A stretch of 51,337 bases of DNA, counting the filler, from Catajapyx aquilonaris (Eukaryota): assembly GCA_000934665.2 (NCBI GenBank). It is 2 parts of 2 records of this genome, joined end to end, with 100 filler letters (N's around TTAATTAATTAA, not from the genome) between each part and the next. Parts side by side here need not be neighbours in the genome. Positions count along the whole stretch, not along the records: positions 25,750 to 51,337 come from JYFJ02005337.1; 1 more part is not named here. One strand, given 5' to 3'. The position numbers were made by a program, and so were the translations under genes. Shown piece by piece: positions 49,787-51,337 of the stretch (position 1 is its first letter; each line of letters starts with the position of its first letter). The notes beneath the pieces were generated by a model. It was not told the origin of the DNA, did not search any database, and saw only the letters and a program-made list of their open reading frames with translations.

Positions 49787-50440
49787 TTACACTGAACACC
49801 TATCCCTATAATGCTTACATCAAGTCAAGGTGGGGTGGAGGGCCCATATTCAAAGCTGAAAGATCTGTATAAGAAGAATGCTACAGAGATTATTAATTTC
49901 TGTGCTGCAGGTTCCGATAGCCACATTTAGAGCTTCTCTCTCACACTCCAGCATGTCCCCCGAGACGATGGACCTGCACCGAACAGCAGTTAGTTATGGT
50001 TTAAAGGCTACCGCAAAAAATTATGATAATTATCCGAGCACAATAAACCGCAATTGTAGGCATAAAACTACCTGCGTCCATGCAGCCCGCCGTATTTAAG
50101 CGGCAGGCAGGAGAGGTGAACATCTGTCGACAGCAGTGCCGCCTGGCGGTGCGGCGTTCGATTTTTTGGGAGGCTGAGCTTTTCCTTTGGAGGGATACCC
50201 GATCGGCATACTAGTTTATTTTAGGTACTATAACAATGGGCACAACAATCGTGACGTCATGATATGGCTTCCCTCCGGCGGTTTCCGTATTTCCAAACCT
50301 GCCTACTTGCAGGCCGACCGCAACATTTGCAGCCGCACGAAAACGGTGTTCTTTTTAGCTCGCGCCGTAACCATGGCGACGAAACGCAGGTAACTTGTTT
50401 ACTGCAAGTACTTGCGGGCGGGCGTTCATTTTACAGCCCG

Positions 50441-50879
50441 TAATCTGGAAGGCCAAATTGTAATTTCCGATGGTCTTCAGGAAATGTTTGAATCAGGTGA
50501 TGTGCCTTAGAGGAGCATTTTAAGTAGCTGTGGAGGCTCAGCCAGTAGAGGAAGGCTAGCCTTTCCAATGGAGCAACAGATCGTTTTTGTTTCACCCTTC
50601 CACTTCTTTGCCTGGCAATGGTGGCATACCTCTGACATAGATCCAATTGCAACAACACCGACAGAAGAATATTATTGTCAATGTCTGCTGAGTAGTGGAA
50701 AGCGGCATGTAGGAGGTGGGTTGATGAAAATGGAGCTAATCTCCGACTGATGGCCGCTGTTTCTCATAGAGTGGAGACATGCTTGGTGTTCTTCCTCAGT
50801 CTCTTGGTCCCTGACCCTTAGCCGAACTCTGTGTGTATCCAATGTGCTTCTGCCAATGCTGCTATGTTTTTAGGCCCAT
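50441..50879 (-). pseudogene. Helitron Rep-helicase N-terminus and Zn-finger-like region, disrupted
   Basis: Manual translation: MGLK/HSSIGRSTLDTHRVRLRVRDQETEEEHQACLHSMR...VAIGSMSEVCHHCQAKKWKGETKTICCSIGKASLPLLAEPPQLLKMLL*GTSPDS/HFLKTI/YNLAFQI. This fits the Helitron CxxCxAxxWxxE...CCxxGK...LPxL...PP...YNxAF motif, with a stop and frameshifts. Confidence 0.85.
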
Positions 50880-51337
50880 CTTAAAGTCGGTGGGGTGTTG
50901 AGAATGTGGAGGTCCAAACGTTAGAAAGTGAAAAAACAAACAAATGCAAAAGAGATTGAAAACTGCATGACACATACCTACGTAGACCACATTATGCCAC
51001 ACCTTATACACGTAATACCATTATACACATTATACCACACCTTATACACCTTATACCTTTATACCACACCTTAAACACGTTAAACCACATCCCATAACGA
51101 CTTTTGAATATACATTGAGGATGTGGAGGTCCAAATTTTACAAAGGGGGAAAAAACAAATAGAAGCAAAACGACTGAAAACTACATGACACAGAACGTAA
51201 CACAGTTCGGAACAGGAGAATTCCGACAAAAAGCACATGACACAGTTTACGTAGAGGAAAAGGTATGGCAGAAAAAGTACGCCAAGAAAATTCCGACAGG
51301 CTGCCTGAACAAACAACCCAAAACCGCTATTCTTACA

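Larger units (their letters stand above)
48480..50439. mobile_element. Non-autonomous TIR DNA transposon (PIF/Harbinger-like termini) nested in the Helitron
   Basis: TIRs gggctgcaaaatgaacgcccgcc (48480) and ggcgggcgttcattttacagccc (ending 50439). No matching TSD and no transposase ORF. Confidence 0.75.
47836..51337 (-). mobile_element. Internally deleted (non-autonomous) Helitron; 5' end not identified within the window
   Basis: The minus-strand 3' end is canonical: hairpin CCCGAGCAACGCCGGG (47847-47862) followed by CTAG (47836-47839). The paralogous empty site in the IR2 flank (gatta^ttc, ~39166) shows A^T insertion without a TSD. Rep-helicase N-terminal fragments lie inside. Confidence 0.88.

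Overview
Eukaryotic DNA, most likely arthropod, judged from the ionotropic receptor genes and from tRNA-SINE, MITE and Helitron content. It is split at 25650-25749 by a 100-nt scaffold spacer (N44-TTAATTAATTAA-N44). The left ~25.6 kb has no convincing gene: it holds repeats, small transposon relics and several homeodomain-motif-dense islands that look cis-regulatory. The right ~25.6 kb is a same-strand tandem array of three intact, intronless divergent ionotropic receptor (IR, variant iGluR chemoreceptor) genes at 29150, 36840 and 45373. The array sits in a mosaic of locally duplicated modules. Remnants of lost copies are visible: an IR3-like coding fragment fused to a SINE head at ~25.9 kb, and an orphan IR 3' flank at 42.4-43.3 kb. 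All three genes have an upstream ATG in frame with the main ORF. It forms a short stop-terminated uORF in copies 1 and 3 and is fused to the receptor in copy 2. Copy 1 has lost the TATA and upstream block shared by copies 2 and 3. A decayed Helitron carrying nested MITEs is inserted behind copy 3. All alignments were done by eye; no database searches were run.
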